Of a stretch of DNA of 64,000 nucleotides, positions 7,557-19,018 are shown in pieces. The number at the start of each line of letters is the position of its first letter. The stretch's first letter is position 1. A program made the translations under genes and the position numbers. This DNA is from Bacteroidales bacterium. GTDB lineage: Bacteria; Bacteroidota; Bacteroidia; Bacteroidales; UBA1715. The DNA is taken from positions 565-64,564 of the forward strand of contig JAKSTZ010000008.1 of assembly GCA_024402335.1 (NCBI GenBank). Direction: 5' to 3'. The notes under the pieces are model-generated. The model had not been told where the DNA came from. It saw nothing but the letters and a program-made list of their open reading frames with translations, and ran no database searches.

Positions 7557-10500
7557 TTACATTAAAGAGAAACGCATATTTACACCACCACTCGTTGTAG
7601 AAGTTCTATATCCGTTTGTAAGAGGTTGATTCATTGTATAATCCAAATATAAGCGGAACGTGATGCGTTCGCTCAACATATATTCGGCGTATGTTTTAAG
7701 AGCATACGATTTCGTACCAGAGATTTTACGGGTAATATCTTCGGCGATATTACGACGAATAGTTTGATTGTCGCGGACAGAGAAATCAAGGCGGATAGTC
7801 AAGTCGTTTTCGAAATGATGGCTCTTGCCCGAAGTAGTGATGTTCAACTTAAAGTTATCGAACACATATCCAGCCCCAACGACATATTCAAAGTTCGAAA
7901 CTTCGGAGATTTCCGTATTTGTGAACGAAAGCGTCACTGTTCTATTTCTACGAAGTTCAACCTTAGCAGTCACATTATTCTTCAACTTAGAATCAAATCC
8001 AAGCAATGGGTTCAATCGTTCCGAAATACTGACAGTAGAAACATCATAATCAGGAGAAACATACAAAGAACCATCAACAGGATCAATGTAGAACTCGTCT
8101 TCGTAAGTATTAGCCGACGAGAATGTTTCGTATGCGCCCATATTGTAGGTTGAAGTATATGCATGGTTAATGTTAACCGTCTTAAAGTATTTGCTAAAGA
8201 ACGGCAATTTAGAAAGACCATTGTAGGTAACTTTCCAGTTCAACGAGCGAAGGAACGTAGCAAAGCTAGAGAACATCGGGTTGAAATATGTGTTGATATT
8301 CACATCGTCAACCGATTGACCTGTATAAGCAGAGAAAAATGCAGGAATAAGCACATCTTGCGACATTTCGTTATACAACGAAGGGAAGCCAGTTTCCACA
8401 TCGGTTTCGTACAAGCCGCCAAATTTATCTTTAGCCAAACGATGAGCAATAGTCAAACGATTTTCCTTGAAACGTTCGTAAGCCTTATCCGAATTAAACG
8501 CTGAAGCCAATGTGTTGGTAGAAATGCTGAAATTACCGTTAGTTAGCTTATTACGTTCGTTTTCCTTTTCGTCGCCCCACAAATATTTCGTGTAGTTTTT
8601 AGAGAAGCTGCGTTCCGAAGAAAGCGTGATTTTCATATTCTTAACAGGTTCCAAAGATGATTGAATTTTCAATCGGTTGGAATACGTATATTTCAATTTC
8701 TCGCTGATATTATCGTTGTCAACCAACCAATCGCTTGTATTCAGATGCGATTCCAAATCAGAAGGAACAAATCCGAACACGTAGCCCCATCCTGGCGTTA
8801 CCGAAGACGAGAATGGCTTATTCAAGCCCAAAATCTTAGTGTCGTATTTATAACCAGGAACGTAGCTACCTTCAGCCTGCGTATAGTTGATAGTAGCAGT
8901 CTTAAACATCATCAACGTATTTACCGCCTTATCGGTAGCACGAGTCAAAGCAGTTTGTTGTACGTCCTTCTTACCCGTTACAGTTACCTTACCTTTTGCA
9001 ACCTCACGTTTACAAGTAACTTTAATCTTCTTAGGCGAAAGCACTTCCATTTCGGAAGGAACAAGCTGGCCATCTTCGTCAAGAACGGTAACCTTTACGT
9101 CGGTTGTACCCAATTTGTGATTGATAACAACTTCGTTGTCGCTATTCGTCTTCACGCCGGATTTAGTAAACTTAACCGTTTCCTTCTTCTTTTGGTTTAC
9201 ATTTTTCTTAGAATCGGACTGTTTCATACGTTTCTGTACGCCGGCAAGATATTTCGATTTCGTGTACAATTTCGAGAAGTTCAACGTACCATCGATAGTA
9301 TGAGTTCCCGTGTTGGTGATGAAATTTCCATAATCCAACTCGTCGTCAGTAGTTTCCGTACCCATTTGCCAGTTGTAGCTACCAGCGAACTTATAGTTAA
9401 CAGTAGTCCAGTCAAGTAGAGAGAATTTATTGATAGGAACCTGCCAAGTTAGATTCCATTTCTGTACAAATTCCATGTTTTCGCCGAACGTTTTCGCACT
9501 ACTCCAGATTTCGCGTTTATATTCGCGCCAAACATCCTCGTCGGTTTTGTCTATCACGCCGCTTGGTTCATTCAAGCGGGAATTATTAGTTGCATTGTAC
9601 GACAACTTCAAGCCCTTAGAAATTGGGTAGTTTACGTTATGGGTACGATACCAATAGAACCATTTGCTTGCAGTTTTCGGCAACTCAAACGTGTAGGCAG
9701 AAAGGTTACGTCTTTGTTGTTCCTTGTAGGTTCTATCCCACTCGCTCTTGAACGACACGCTCGAAGGCAACAAGTAGAAATTAAAGTCCTTAATTATGCG
9801 AATCTTGTTAGACTTAAACGGCTGGTAATTCTTAGGACGCATATTATACGCATAATTAAACGCAGCCTTATACTGATGCTTGTAATCCAACTGATAATCA
9901 ACATCGTGGGCACGGAAACGATTGTAAGCAAATGTTCCCGAGAAGTTAGAGATATTGAACGGATGTTGTTTTTTCGGAGTACGGGCAATCTTCACATTCG
10001 TAAAGTTATAGCTAAAGTTTTGTGTGAAGTCCTGAGTGATATTCAACAACGAATCCTTTTCGCGTTGTGTAGTCAAGTTCGACAATGAGTGTTCCAACGT
10101 AATGTCTGGATTAGTTGGATCGTACTGTGGACGGATATATGTCTCCGACAAGTCAATATAGAACGGCAACACCAATTTCCACGATTCTGGGAAGAATTTA
10201 TGGAGCGACACGCTCGAAGCCACGTCATATTGATACAAGTTTTCGGTACTACGTTCAAACACTTTTTGGTCAACGCTACCGAAACCAGGCTTGCTTACCT
10301 TTCCGGCCAAGGAAACAGTAGCGAAATCGGCCAAGCTTGCACGAACAGAACCAACTGTAGCCCAACCACTCTGGTCGTTCATGTCAGTCAAACGCAATTC
10401 ATTAAACCAAACTATACCCGATTTCTTCAAACCATCGTCTTCGAGATTCGACGACTTTTTCTTTCGGTTACGCACACCAAGCATAACAGTACGTACGTTA

Positions 10501-13500
10501 CCGATATTTGGATTACCCTTGATACTTACCCTATTATTTCCGTGCGAGATAGTGTATGTATGGTACGATTCCAATTCAGGAATAATGCCATCGGCAATCA
10601 TTTTATTACGTTCCAACTTGATTTCGGTCAACACAGAGAAAGGAAGTTCAATCTTGTTATCTGAAGGCCAAACTATCTGTCTATCGCTGTTGCTATTGTT
10701 ATTGTAACGAACAGCCCCTTCCATTATATGAGGAGTTAATTTCAACGGTATTTCGTATTCGTAGTAGTTATCGACATAATCCGAACCCAAACGAATAAAC
10801 GCATACAAATCGCCATCGTTAAGCATAGATTCTTCGTCGATTAAAGCCTCGGCATGCACAAACATTTCCAAGCTACCAAACTGACGGAAATCCTTATTTA
10901 CTTGTTTGTAGATAGCTTTTGAGTTACCATCCTCCAAATCAATTACCTTCATAGAAAGAGCTGATTCGTTCAATTCCTCCAAGGTTGTACTTGTAGGATC
11001 GATAACACGGTCAACACCAGGAGGCAACACATAATTCACAGGAGAACGAGAGCTGTTTTCCTCGATGTTCACGCTCGAAATATCCACTTTAGAATCAGAG
11101 AAAAGGTCATATTCGCCCGATTCGAACAATGGTTCTTCATAAACACGCCAGTTACTGTAAACCAAAGCAAATTCAGCAATTCTCAATACAATAGAATCGT
11201 TGAAATTGCGCAAGAACATACGCATAGAAGAAATGTCGCGGAAGTCGGAAATGTTACCAATCTTTTCTTTTTCCTCGCTATTGATAGGAATTTTGAATTG
11301 ATACCATTTTGCCTGAGTTTGGTAGTGGTCGTTATTCACCACCTCTATTGTTTCGTCTTCGATAAAGTTTTTACCAACCACCATATCTTCTGGACGTAAA
11401 CTGATATGATATTGATAATAAGCTTCGGTTTCCTGTAAAGTATTGTCTTGGTTCAAATCCTCAACTTCAGGACGGTAGGTTGACAAACCTTGCGACGTTT
11501 CCGAAGGCGAGTTTCCGTCGGTACCATTGAAATATTTGTAACGCCATACAATGTCGTGTTCCTCGCCTCTATTGTCCAAATACGAAGAAAAATCATCGTG
11601 CGAAGGGTCTTTTTCAAATAGTTCATATGCTTCCGGCGTAACTATTTCCTTCACTTCCTGAAGATATTGCGCAAAGAAACGTTGTTCAGCCATATCGCTC
11701 AAACCGTCAAGACCGACATCCTGAACCTTACGATCGATATCACTACTAAATCCAGTTTCAACTATAGAATAGTTAGGAACTCTACCCCATACAGTTTCGT
11801 CCAAACGAGACTTATCGGTAACCATACCATTTTCGGCAGATTTACGTCCGTCGCGAAGCACATCTTCGGAAATTCTACCAATGTTGATGTAGAAATCACC
11901 ACCTTTATGTAATCCAAACTCATCGTTGATGAAAGGATCCATCATCCAGAATTCGATGTATTCAACATTACTTGCCTCGAAGTCAGTAGATGTAAGCGAC
12001 TGCATGATACCGCCCCAACGAGAAGCAGGATTATTCAACTTACCATCGGCATCCAAACCAGCAGAAATACCGGCACGGCCTTTTGTATCGTAGTTGTTTT
12101 GTCCACGTTCGTACGGATAGTAGGCAATATTCAACAACGTCATAGGCACATCCTCGTAGGTTGACAAGTCACGATTTGGGAACAAATTCGACTGATACAC
12201 AGTACGAGAGAACTGTTCAGCCTGCACCGACTTGCTTACCGGCGAACTTCTTTCATAGAAAGAGGTATTGATATTATACCATGAAATCAAAGCCTTGTTG
12301 TAGTTGAAAGCCAAATCGTTCACAAGAGAAGCTTCCGGGAAGAAAGACTTCTGGCCTTGCGGCGTACTGGCAAGTTTCCAAGCCGTCGGTTCACGTAAAT
12401 AAATTCTACCTTCAGAACTTTCAAAATCATCGATAGAAACCGCATCGGAAATATGTTTAGACTGACCAGGCAACAATTGCGCAAATTCAGCAGAAGCCTC
12501 TACATACGACATTTCCTTGGTGTTGATTAACGGAATTTTATCAACCAACTTAGTCAAAAACATAGATTCAGTAGAATATTTTGCATCCAATCCCCAGATA
12601 GTGTTACAAATCGGATATTCATCGAAGCCAACCTTGGCAACCGAAGGAACTTCCGACAAGTGTATTAACGTTCCACCCAAAGAAATTTTGTCGCTAAAAC
12701 GATATTCCGCACGAGTACCCATGTAGGTTTTCGTAGTCGTGCTAAACAACGGATCGTTTTCGTATGTGATATTGATATTAGAGCCCGATTCCAAGATACC
12801 CGCATTGATGATAGAAACCGTTCCCGAAGAATAGTCAACAGTATAATCAGAACCTTCAACCAAAGTAAGACCGCCACACATAACCTTTACGGACTTAACC
12901 TGAGTGGTATTCAACGAAATTTCGGAAGAAACGCTCGACTTATATGAACCTTTCAAAATATACTTATTCTTTTCCGCAACCTGACGAGCAGCACTTTGCG
13001 TAGAATCATACAATTCATTATACACATATTTTCTTGCCAAGGCATCGTCCCCTATTTTTTCCTCCAACGAAGAGCCAAACGGTTCAAGAACAGGGAAATA
13101 AATCAAACCACGGGAAGACTTAATCGTAACACCTTCAACAAAGTCGAACAACCCATCGGAATACGGTTGCAAGTCCGAAGAAAGTTGATCCAAATTCAAG
13201 ACAGAAATAAGACTTTTACCTTTCAAGCTACCTTCCGACAAATATGGAATTGGCGCACCGGTACGGTCGTCCTGATACAAGACATCCAACACGAAATCTT
13301 CAGAACTAATTTGGTAGCTACCAATAGAATACACGTTTTTCATCATCAAATCCCAGTTGTGGTACGCCGGATTTGACTGAGTACCTTTCAACAATTTTAC
13401 AATAAGCACATCAGGATGTTCAACCCCGTCGCTTGTAAATTCACCGACTTGATACACCTTACCTTTATATTCATATTCGTAGGCAACCGCCAAAATCTTT

Positions 13501-14837
13501 GACGAACTTACCGGAGAACGTAACGAGATATAACCAAGTTTCTTGTTGACTTCGTATTCAGTTGGTTTCAACAAAACAGCCTGTTCTATTTTTTCATATT
13601 CAGGACCTTGCTCAAACGAACCGTTTAATGTAGTCGATACCGTATTTATATTACGGATGCCCGACATATTCTTTATCTGCTTATATAATTTGCCATTTTC
13701 CGGCAATTCATATTCCTTAGCACCTCCAATACCACTTGAGTACACATCACCCAAATCAGTCATTGCCAAAATGTTACGAGCATCCTCCTTACCACTGGAA
13801 GTTTGCGTAACCCATACTTCGACCTTACGGATTTCGATACCGCTATTGATTTCAGGCAAGTTTTTTAAAGACTCCTCATAATGTTCACGGAAGAAATGAG
13901 ACAAGAAGAAGTGCTTATTGTTATCGTATTGATCGCACTGAATCTCAAAATCCTCAGTCTGCGCCCCACCCTGTACCGAGATGGAAGACATTTCGCCTCG
14001 TTGACAAGAGAACACTCCGCTCAAATACAATTTACCAAACTGTAAATCAGTCTTTAGACCAAACAAGCTCGAGCTACCCGAAATCAACGAACTAGAAAGC
14101 GGGAAAGAAACATTACCTACTTCGATATTTTTTATGATTTCATCCTCGTCGCCTTCGTATTGCAATTTAATTTCCTGTTCAAATTCGAATTGCGATTCCG
14201 TATCGTATTTAATCGTCATGGCAACCTTATCGCCAATAGAACCAGTCACACTCATTTGAATTTTGTTGTCAAAATCAAACTGCAACTGACGTTGTTGTTT
14301 TTTCGAAAGACGAGGATTATGATTGTTAGTGAACTTCAAGCCAAAATTCAATTCCGCCGCACCTTGAGGCTTGATGTCGATAAATTCAGCCAACTTAGAA
14401 TCTTCGCCAAGTAAGCTCAAAGGTTCATACGACGACTCCGATCCAATACGCGTCTCGCTCGCGCGCGTACGCCAATAATTACGGGAACGTTGTTTGCCCG
14501 AAATCTTGAAATAGTCAAGCGAAGGAAGAGAAAAAGATGGAGCTACCGCATTGTCTCCCACCATTTTGCGAGCCTCGTATTCATCCGATTCCGCATTATA
14601 TTCAATAGAATAGCCCGATTCAGGAGATTCATTCAAACGAATACCAGAGTTCCTATTTTCCGCATCCTGAAACGTATTGCCCGTTTCTTTTGGCAATGGC
14701 GACTGTAGTTTAATAGAATCTTCAGGTTGTTGAATAGCAGTAGGAACCGTTGTCCACGCAACAGTGACAGCAGAAGCGAACAGTACGCTAAAAACTGCAA
14801 AAACACAAATTATATATATTCGTGCTACGAACTTCAA
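7557..14837 (-). CDS. sprA: Type IX secretion system translocon SprA (Sov)
   Basis: 2426 aa with an N-terminal signal/anchor. The size and composition are typical of the giant SprA beta-barrel. The sprA-ruvA synteny is conserved. Confidence 0.9.
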   Translation of the reverse strand: MKFVARIYIICVFAVFSVLFASAVTVAWTTVPTAIQQPEDSIKLQSPLPKETGNTFQDAENRNSGIRLNESPESGYSIEYNAESDEYEARKMVGDNAVAPSFSLPSLDYFKISGKQRSRNYWRTRASETRIGSESSYEPLSLLGEDSKLAEFIDIKPQGAAELNFGLKFTNNHNPRLSKKQQRQLQFDFDNKIQMSVTGSIGDKVAMTIKYDTESQFEFEQEIKLQYEGDEDEIIKNIEVGNVSFPLSSSLISGSSSLFGLKTDLQFGKLYLSGVFSCQRGEMSSISVQGGAQTEDFEIQCDQYDNNKHFFLSHFFREHYEESLKNLPEINSGIEIRKVEVWVTQTSSGKEDARNILAMTDLGDVYSSGIGGAKEYELPENGKLYKQIKNMSGIRNINTVSTTLNGSFEQGPEYEKIEQAVLLKPTEYEVNKKLGYISLRSPVSSSKILAVAYEYEYKGKVYQVGEFTSDGVEHPDVLIVKLLKGTQSNPAYHNWDLMMKNVYSIGSYQISSEDFVLDVLYQDDRTGAPIPYLSEGSLKGKSLISVLNLDQLSSDLQPYSDGLFDFVEGVTIKSSRGLIYFPVLEPFGSSLEEKIGDDALARKYVYNELYDSTQSAARQVAEKNKYILKGSYKSSVSSEISLNTTQVKSVKVMCGGLTLVEGSDYTVDYSSGTVSIINAGILESGSNINITYENDPLFSTTTKTYMGTRAEYRFSDKISLGGTLIHLSEVPSVAKVGFDEYPICNTIWGLDAKYSTESMFLTKLVDKIPLINTKEMSYVEASAEFAQLLPGQSKHISDAVSIDDFESSEGRIYLREPTAWKLASTPQGQKSFFPEASLVNDLAFNYNKALISWYNINTSFYERSSPVSKSVQAEQFSRTVYQSNLFPNRDLSTYEDVPMTLLNIAYYPYERGQNNYDTKGRAGISAGLDADGKLNNPASRWGGIMQSLTSTDFEASNVEYIEFWMMDPFINDEFGLHKGGDFYINIGRISEDVLRDGRKSAENGMVTDKSRLDETVWGRVPNYSIVETGFSSDIDRKVQDVGLDGLSDMAEQRFFAQYLQEVKEIVTPEAYELFEKDPSHDDFSSYLDNRGEEHDIVWRYKYFNGTDGNSPSETSQGLSTYRPEVEDLNQDNTLQETEAYYQYHISLRPEDMVVGKNFIEDETIEVVNNDHYQTQAKWYQFKIPINSEEKEKIGNISDFRDISSMRMFLRNFNDSIVLRIAEFALVYSNWRVYEEPLFESGEYDLFSDSKVDISSVNIEENSSRSPVNYVLPPGVDRVIDPTSTTLEELNESALSMKVIDLEDGNSKAIYKQVNKDFRQFGSLEMFVHAEALIDEESMLNDGDLYAFIRLGSDYVDNYYEYEIPLKLTPHIMEGAVRYNNNSNSDRQIVWPSDNKIELPFSVLTEIKLERNKMIADGIIPELESYHTYTISHGNNRVSIKGNPNIGNVRTVMLGVRNRKKKSSNLEDDGLKKSGIVWFNELRLTDMNDQSGWATVGSVRASLADFATVSLAGKVSKPGFGSVDQKVFERSTENLYQYDVASSVSLHKFFPESWKLVLPFYIDLSETYIRPQYDPTNPDITLEHSLSNLTTQREKDSLLNITQDFTQNFSYNFTNVKIARTPKKQHPFNISNFSGTFAYNRFRAHDVDYQLDYKHQYKAAFNYAYNMRPKNYQPFKSNKIRIIKDFNFYLLPSSVSFKSEWDRTYKEQQRRNLSAYTFELPKTASKWFYWYRTHNVNYPISKGLKLSYNATNNSRLNEPSGVIDKTDEDVWREYKREIWSSAKTFGENMEFVQKWNLTWQVPINKFSLLDWTTVNYKFAGSYNWQMGTETTDDELDYGNFITNTGTHTIDGTLNFSKLYTKSKYLAGVQKRMKQSDSKKNVNQKKKETVKFTKSGVKTNSDNEVVINHKLGTTDVKVTVLDEDGQLVPSEMEVLSPKKIKVTCKREVAKGKVTVTGKKDVQQTALTRATDKAVNTLMMFKTATINYTQAEGSYVPGYKYDTKILGLNKPFSSSVTPGWGYVFGFVPSDLESHLNTSDWLVDNDNISEKLKYTYSNRLKIQSSLEPVKNMKITLSSERSFSKNYTKYLWGDEKENERNKLTNGNFSISTNTLASAFNSDKAYERFKENRLTIAHRLAKDKFGGLYETDVETGFPSLYNEMSQDVLIPAFFSAYTGQSVDDVNINTYFNPMFSSFATFLRSLNWKVTYNGLSKLPFFSKYFKTVNINHAYTSTYNMGAYETFSSANTYEDEFYIDPVDGSLYVSPDYDVSTVSISERLNPLLGFDSKLKNNVTAKVELRRNRTVTLSFTNTEISEVSNFEYVVGAGYVFDNFKLNITTSGKSHHFENDLTIRLDFSVRDNQTIRRNIAEDITRKISGTKSYALKTYAEYMLSERITFRLYLDYTMNQPLTNGYRTSTTSGGVNMRFSLM

Positions 14838-14855
14838 CCTACCAATAATAACGGT

Positions 14856-15437
14856 TTATAATCGTTTCAACGCCATTTTCACAATATCCTCAACACTTTG
14901 TTGAATCGATTCCTTCATAATAGCATCGACAACCTTTTCCGCTGCATTCTTAGGATAACCTAACATTACCAATGCAGATAACGATTCAATCTTCAAAGTA
15001 TTGCCTTGCGATACAGAAATATTTTCGTCGCCTTCGGCAAACGAAACCTTATCTTTTAATTCAAGAACAACACGTTGAGCGGTTTTTCCGCCTATTCCCT
15101 TAATACTTTGGATAGTAGCGGAATCACCAGAAAGAATTGCAGTAGCAAGTTCCGAAGGTGTCATTTTCGAAAGAATTACCCGTGCAGTATTTGCCCCTAT
15201 TCCAGAAACAGAGATGAGAAGGCGAAACATAGTTCGTTCATTTTCATCAAAAAAGCCATATAGATCGTGGGCGTCCTCACGAATAATTTCGTGCAACAAA
15301 AGAAAACACTCTTCGTGTTCTTTCAAATGTTCACATGTATTCACCGAAATATTCACATAGAAACCTATGCCCGAAGTAGTTACAACGGCGAATGTCGGTG
15401 TTAATTTCTGAATTACTCCAGAGATTGATTCTAACAT
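14856..15437 (-). CDS. ruvA: Holliday junction branch-migration complex subunit RuvA
   Basis: 193 aa. It has an OB-fold N-terminus, the HhH motifs VSGIGANTA and IKGIGGKTAQR, and C-terminal domain III. Confidence 0.93.
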   Translation of the reverse strand: MLESISGVIQKLTPTFAVVTTSGIGFYVNISVNTCEHLKEHEECFLLLHEIIREDAHDLYGFFDENERTMFRLLISVSGIGANTARVILSKMTPSELATAILSGDSATIQSIKGIGGKTAQRVVLELKDKVSFAEGDENISVSQGNTLKIESLSALVMLGYPKNAAEKVVDAIMKESIQQSVEDIVKMALKRL

Positions 15438-15443
15438 AATTTT

Positions 15444-16448
15444 TTATTTGAGTTGATTTTTGATTAGTTCAGCATATTCCTCGCGTTGTTTCAACAAATC
15501 ATACGCAGAGTAAATAGCACACAACAACGGAGATTCATCAGCATTGTTTTTACCAACATTAGCATAATCCAAATCCATTTGTGGAGTTACGCAGATTTTT
15601 GGCAATCCCATGGTAAACAAATATGAATCATCATAAGCCAAAGCCTTGAACGGAGTAACAACCTGATCGCGATACATACCTATCACGCCATCAAAATCCT
15701 TGTATTTTGCCGATGCGAAAAATGATTCAGCCGTATAAGGACCGACAGTCATAAAACCACTGGCCTTTGCCTCTTCCACCGCTTTAGTAATAACAGCGTC
15801 ATCATCACCTAATTCAGAATTCAACGAAAGAACAGCAATTTTCGGTTTCGTGATACAAAAATCATAACGCAACGAATCGTTCAACGCAACAATTTTCTCC
15901 AACACAGCATCTTTCGAAATCGACTTTACAACTTGGGAAAGTTGCGATGCAGAAGAAACATAGCAAACCTTAAGAGCATCGCTTACATACAATTCCGAAT
16001 GTTGCGTTGTATTGAAAGCACGACCTAAAAAGTTTGTATGATTTTGGAAAACTATACCGGCTTTTTGCACACTGTCTCTATTAAGCGGCATAGTAATCAA
16101 CACGTCGATATTGTTATTCTTTAAATCTTCGTAACCAGCCTGAAGTGCCATCATGGCATACTTTCCAGCTTCCTGTGTAGCCATTCCCGCATCAACGCGA
16201 ACTTCCTCACCTACACAATCTATCATATTTGCACGCTTTGGCAAAGCTTCCGCAGCCGAAGAAATCACATTAAAATTGAAATTTGGTAAATCAAGCGATT
16301 TTTTATGATACGCCGCAGCTTTTGGCGAACCGTACACAATAAAAGTTTTTCCTTCGTATATTTTGGATTCAGCCAAAACCTTCATAATAACCTCAAAACC
16401 AACACTATTGATGTCACCTTGAGTTATTCCTATCGTTATATGTCTCAT
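15444..16448 (-). CDS. pdxA: 4-hydroxythreonine-4-phosphate dehydrogenase PdxA
   Basis: 334 aa. The N-terminal ITIGITQGDINSVGFEVI matches the PdxA GD(P)xGIGPE pattern. Length and overall layout are consistent. Confidence 0.85.
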   Translation of the reverse strand: MRHITIGITQGDINSVGFEVIMKVLAESKIYEGKTFIVYGSPKAAAYHKKSLDLPNFNFNVISSAAEALPKRANMIDCVGEEVRVDAGMATQEAGKYAMMALQAGYEDLKNNNIDVLITMPLNRDSVQKAGIVFQNHTNFLGRAFNTTQHSELYVSDALKVCYVSSASQLSQVVKSISKDAVLEKIVALNDSLRYDFCITKPKIAVLSLNSELGDDDAVITKAVEEAKASGFMTVGPYTAESFFASAKYKDFDGVIGMYRDQVVTPFKALAYDDSYLFTMGLPKICVTPQMDLDYANVGKNNADESPLLCAIYSAYDLLKQREEYAELIKNQLK

Positions 16449-16511
16449 ATCTGCTTTTTATCTTTTTAACTCGCAAATATATGTAATTTACAAGAAAAAA
16501 GACAGAGAGAT

Positions 16512-17273
16512 TTATATCGAGTTTTCAACAGTACGAAGTTCGCCTCCACCTAAGAAACAACTTGCATGAATAATCAACTTTGAGCCATTATTTTCAGACA
16601 CAACAACCTTACGTTTATCTTCAAAACCGCCCAAAGCACCATTCATTTGAATATCAACCGACCATGTATTTGGTATCAAGACTGTTACACCACCAAAAAA
16701 CGTAGAAATATACAAATGATTTTCACCTGATCGCAAAGCCGTTTTCGACAAATCGAGTTCTATTCCGCCAAAAGTTGCACGCAAATCACCTCCTTTGAAA
16801 ACCGGTTCGCTATATTTCAATTTTGCACCACTTAAAAAGCTGGAATGACTTATTTTTCCTTCCTCAGAAACAAACGCACTTTCTGTATGCATATTATCTG
16901 CACTTTGTTCGTTTTCAACAGATTGCGATACAACCGTTTTTCTAAATAAAATCAATACAACACCTAAATATATCCATAACAAAGGATTCCATTTTCCTAT
17001 AAAATTATCAGAAACTATATCATACGGAACTTTAGGTAAAATAAAAAACAAGCCCGTTCCCAATGCACAAAGTCCGCCGCAAAATGACTTTCTAAACAGT
17101 GCCACCAAACCGCAGACAATAAGAACCATAGGAACAGAGAAAATTGCATCTTTCCATGCTCCAAATAAAACAATGTTCAAATTATTGCATAGAAGTACAA
17201 TACCAACACATACCAAAAAGATACCTAATACAACACGACCATTGTGTGTTTTTGTGATTTTACGTTCAGACAT
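16512..17273 (-). CDS. Membrane protein with LiaF-like C-terminal domain (cell-envelope stress related, function unknown)
   Basis: 253 aa. It has four or so N-terminal TM helices. The Gly-rich C-terminal beta domain (GGDLRATFGGIELDL, FFGGVTVLIP, GALGGFED) resembles LiaF/DUF2154-type proteins. Confidence 0.5.
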   Translation of the reverse strand: MSERKITKTHNGRVVLGIFLVCVGIVLLCNNLNIVLFGAWKDAIFSVPMVLIVCGLVALFRKSFCGGLCALGTGLFFILPKVPYDIVSDNFIGKWNPLLWIYLGVVLILFRKTVVSQSVENEQSADNMHTESAFVSEEGKISHSSFLSGAKLKYSEPVFKGGDLRATFGGIELDLSKTALRSGENHLYISTFFGGVTVLIPNTWSVDIQMNGALGGFEDKRKVVVSENNGSKLIIHASCFLGGGELRTVENSI

Positions 17274-17292
17274 ACGAAATACTATTTATAAG

Positions 17293-17844
17293 TTATTCTA
17301 TTCCAATATATTTATGCGTTTGCAACGAAAGTCGCCAATGAGGATGTTGCTGAATATAGGCAACAACATCGGCTGTATTTTTGCACGAACAAGGTTGTAG
17401 GAAATACCAATCTGCCGCAATGGCATTTTTCCACTTTTCTACATCTTGTTTTTGATAAACAACCTTCACTTCATTAACCTTAGTAAGAACAACTTGCGTA
17501 CCTTCTTTCGGAGAACAAGTTATCCAATCTAAATTTTGCGGAACAGCATGTGTGCCATTCGTTTCCATCGTAACAAATTTACCTTTTGCATGCAACAAAT
17601 CAATCAACTCATCGGAAACCTGCAAACTTGGTTCACCGCCTGTTAGAACGATAAAATTCGTAGGATATTTGCAAACTTCAGCAACAATTTCTTCGTTACT
17701 CAACTCTTTTTGCAGTTTATGATTTGTGTCGCAGAAATCACAAGCAAGATTACAACCTGCAAAACGAACAAATACTGCAGCAGTTCCTGTATAAAAACCT
17801 TCACCCTGAAGGCTATAAAATATTTCTACAATTTTATTCTTCAT
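17293..17844 (-). CDS. queE: 7-carboxy-7-deazaguanine synthase QueE (radical SAM)
   Basis: 183 aa. It carries the EGFYTG motif and the CxxxCxxC cluster FAGCNLACDFCDT. It overlaps queC by 11 nt. Confidence 0.9.
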   Translation of the reverse strand: MKNKIVEIFYSLQGEGFYTGTAAVFVRFAGCNLACDFCDTNHKLQKELSNEEIVAEVCKYPTNFIVLTGGEPSLQVSDELIDLLHAKGKFVTMETNGTHAVPQNLDWITCSPKEGTQVVLTKVNEVKVVYQKQDVEKWKNAIAADWYFLQPCSCKNTADVVAYIQQHPHWRLSLQTHKYIGIE

Positions 17845-18487
17845 ACACAGTTTTATCTTCTATACCGGCATCACGAAGTGCTTCCTTGCGTTCGTTACAC
17901 GTACCACATTTTCCACAATGAATTGCGCCACCTTTGTAGCAACTCCACGTCTGCGTATAGTCCAAGCCGAGCGCTTTACCATGCTTGGCAATATCAGTTT
18001 TGGAGATAGTTGTATATGGCGTTTCCAAAGTAATTCCATCATAGGTTCCAGCTGCTATAGCCTCACTCATTTTCTGTGCGAAGAGCGGTCTACAATCAGG
18101 ATAAATCGCATGGTCGCCCGCATGGTTAGCCATCATGACATGTTTTAGTCCATAATTCTCAGCAAAGCCAGCTGCAATAGACAACATGATGCCATTCCGG
18201 AAAGGAACGACGGTCGATTTCATATTTTCATCGTTATAATTTCCCTCAGGAATTTCTTCCCCACCCTGCAACAACGAGCTAGAAAAATATTGTTGCATAA
18301 AATCCATGGAAATTACGATATGTTTTATGCCCAACTGTTCGCAATGCATTTTTGCAAATGGAATTTCTTTTTCATTATGCTTGCTGCCATAATTGAACGA
18401 AATAGCCAATGCAATAGAATCTTTATATTCGTGAAGCAATGTCACGCTGTCCATTCCTCCCGAAAGAATGATTACACTATCTTTCAT
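17834..18487 (-). CDS. queC: 7-cyano-7-deazaguanine synthase QueC
   Basis: 217 aa. The PP-loop is LSGGMDS and the C-terminal zinc cysteines are CYKGGAIHCGKCGTCNERK. Confidence 0.93.
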   Translation of the reverse strand: MKDSVIILSGGMDSVTLLHEYKDSIALAISFNYGSKHNEKEIPFAKMHCEQLGIKHIVISMDFMQQYFSSSLLQGGEEIPEGNYNDENMKSTVVPFRNGIMLSIAAGFAENYGLKHVMMANHAGDHAIYPDCRPLFAQKMSEAIAAGTYDGITLETPYTTISKTDIAKHGKALGLDYTQTWSCYKGGAIHCGKCGTCNERKEALRDAGIEDKTVYEE

Positions 18488-18497
18488 AACCTACAAC

Positions 18498-18971
18498 TTA
18501 TATCGCACAACTCATTTGAGCCACCAAACGTTGTTGTTTCAAATCCTGGTGAGCCTCGTCGGCATAGTTTGCGAACGGATAAATAGAAATACCACCACGA
18601 GGAGTAAAAATACCATACACTTCTATGTAGCGAGGATCCATGAGCGCAATCAAATCTTTCATTATAATATTGATACAATCTTCATGGAAATCACCATGGT
18701 TACGGAAGCTAAACAAGTACAATTTCAAAGACTTGCTTTCAACCATACGTTCGTTAGGAATGTAATTAATCACGATTTTTGCAAAATCAGGCTGTCCAGT
18801 CTTTGGACATAAGCTTGTGAATTCCGGACAATTCAATGTCACGAGATAGTCATTTTCCTGATGTTTGTTGATAAATGTCTCCAACACTTCCGGCGCATAA
18901 TCTGTTGGATATACAGTCTTTTTCTCACCTAGCAAGGTTACGCCGTCTAATTCTTGTACAGTTCTTGTCAT
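18498..18971 (-). CDS. queF: NADPH-dependent 7-cyano-7-deazaguanine reductase QueF (type I)
   Basis: 157 aa. The active-site motif is [15 protein letters not shown], followed by [15 protein letters not shown]. Confidence 0.93.
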   Translation of the reverse strand: MTRTVQELDGVTLLGEKKTVYPTDYAPEVLETFINKHQENDYLVTLNCPEFTSLCPKTGQPDFAKIVINYIPNERMVESKSLKLYLFSFRNHGDFHEDCINIIMKDLIALMDPRYIEVYGIFTPRGGISIYPFANYADEAHQDLKQQRLVAQMSCAI

Positions 18972-19018
18972 TTTGTTTTCAGTTTAAGAGGAAAAACATA
19001 GCTCATTTATTTTCGAGA

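Noticed and set aside
8661-10707. Long plus-strand ORFs inside sprA (for example 8661-9419 at 252 aa, 9639-10088 and 10089-10664). Similar antisense ORFs occur in hsdM (917-1495), der (56804-57484), clpC (49420-49905) and the 1427-aa gene (22670-23131).
   Set aside because: These are shadow ORFs antisense to strongly supported genes. Their sequences are low-complexity and recognisable motifs are absent. Stop-poor antisense frames of long genes typically produce such ORFs.
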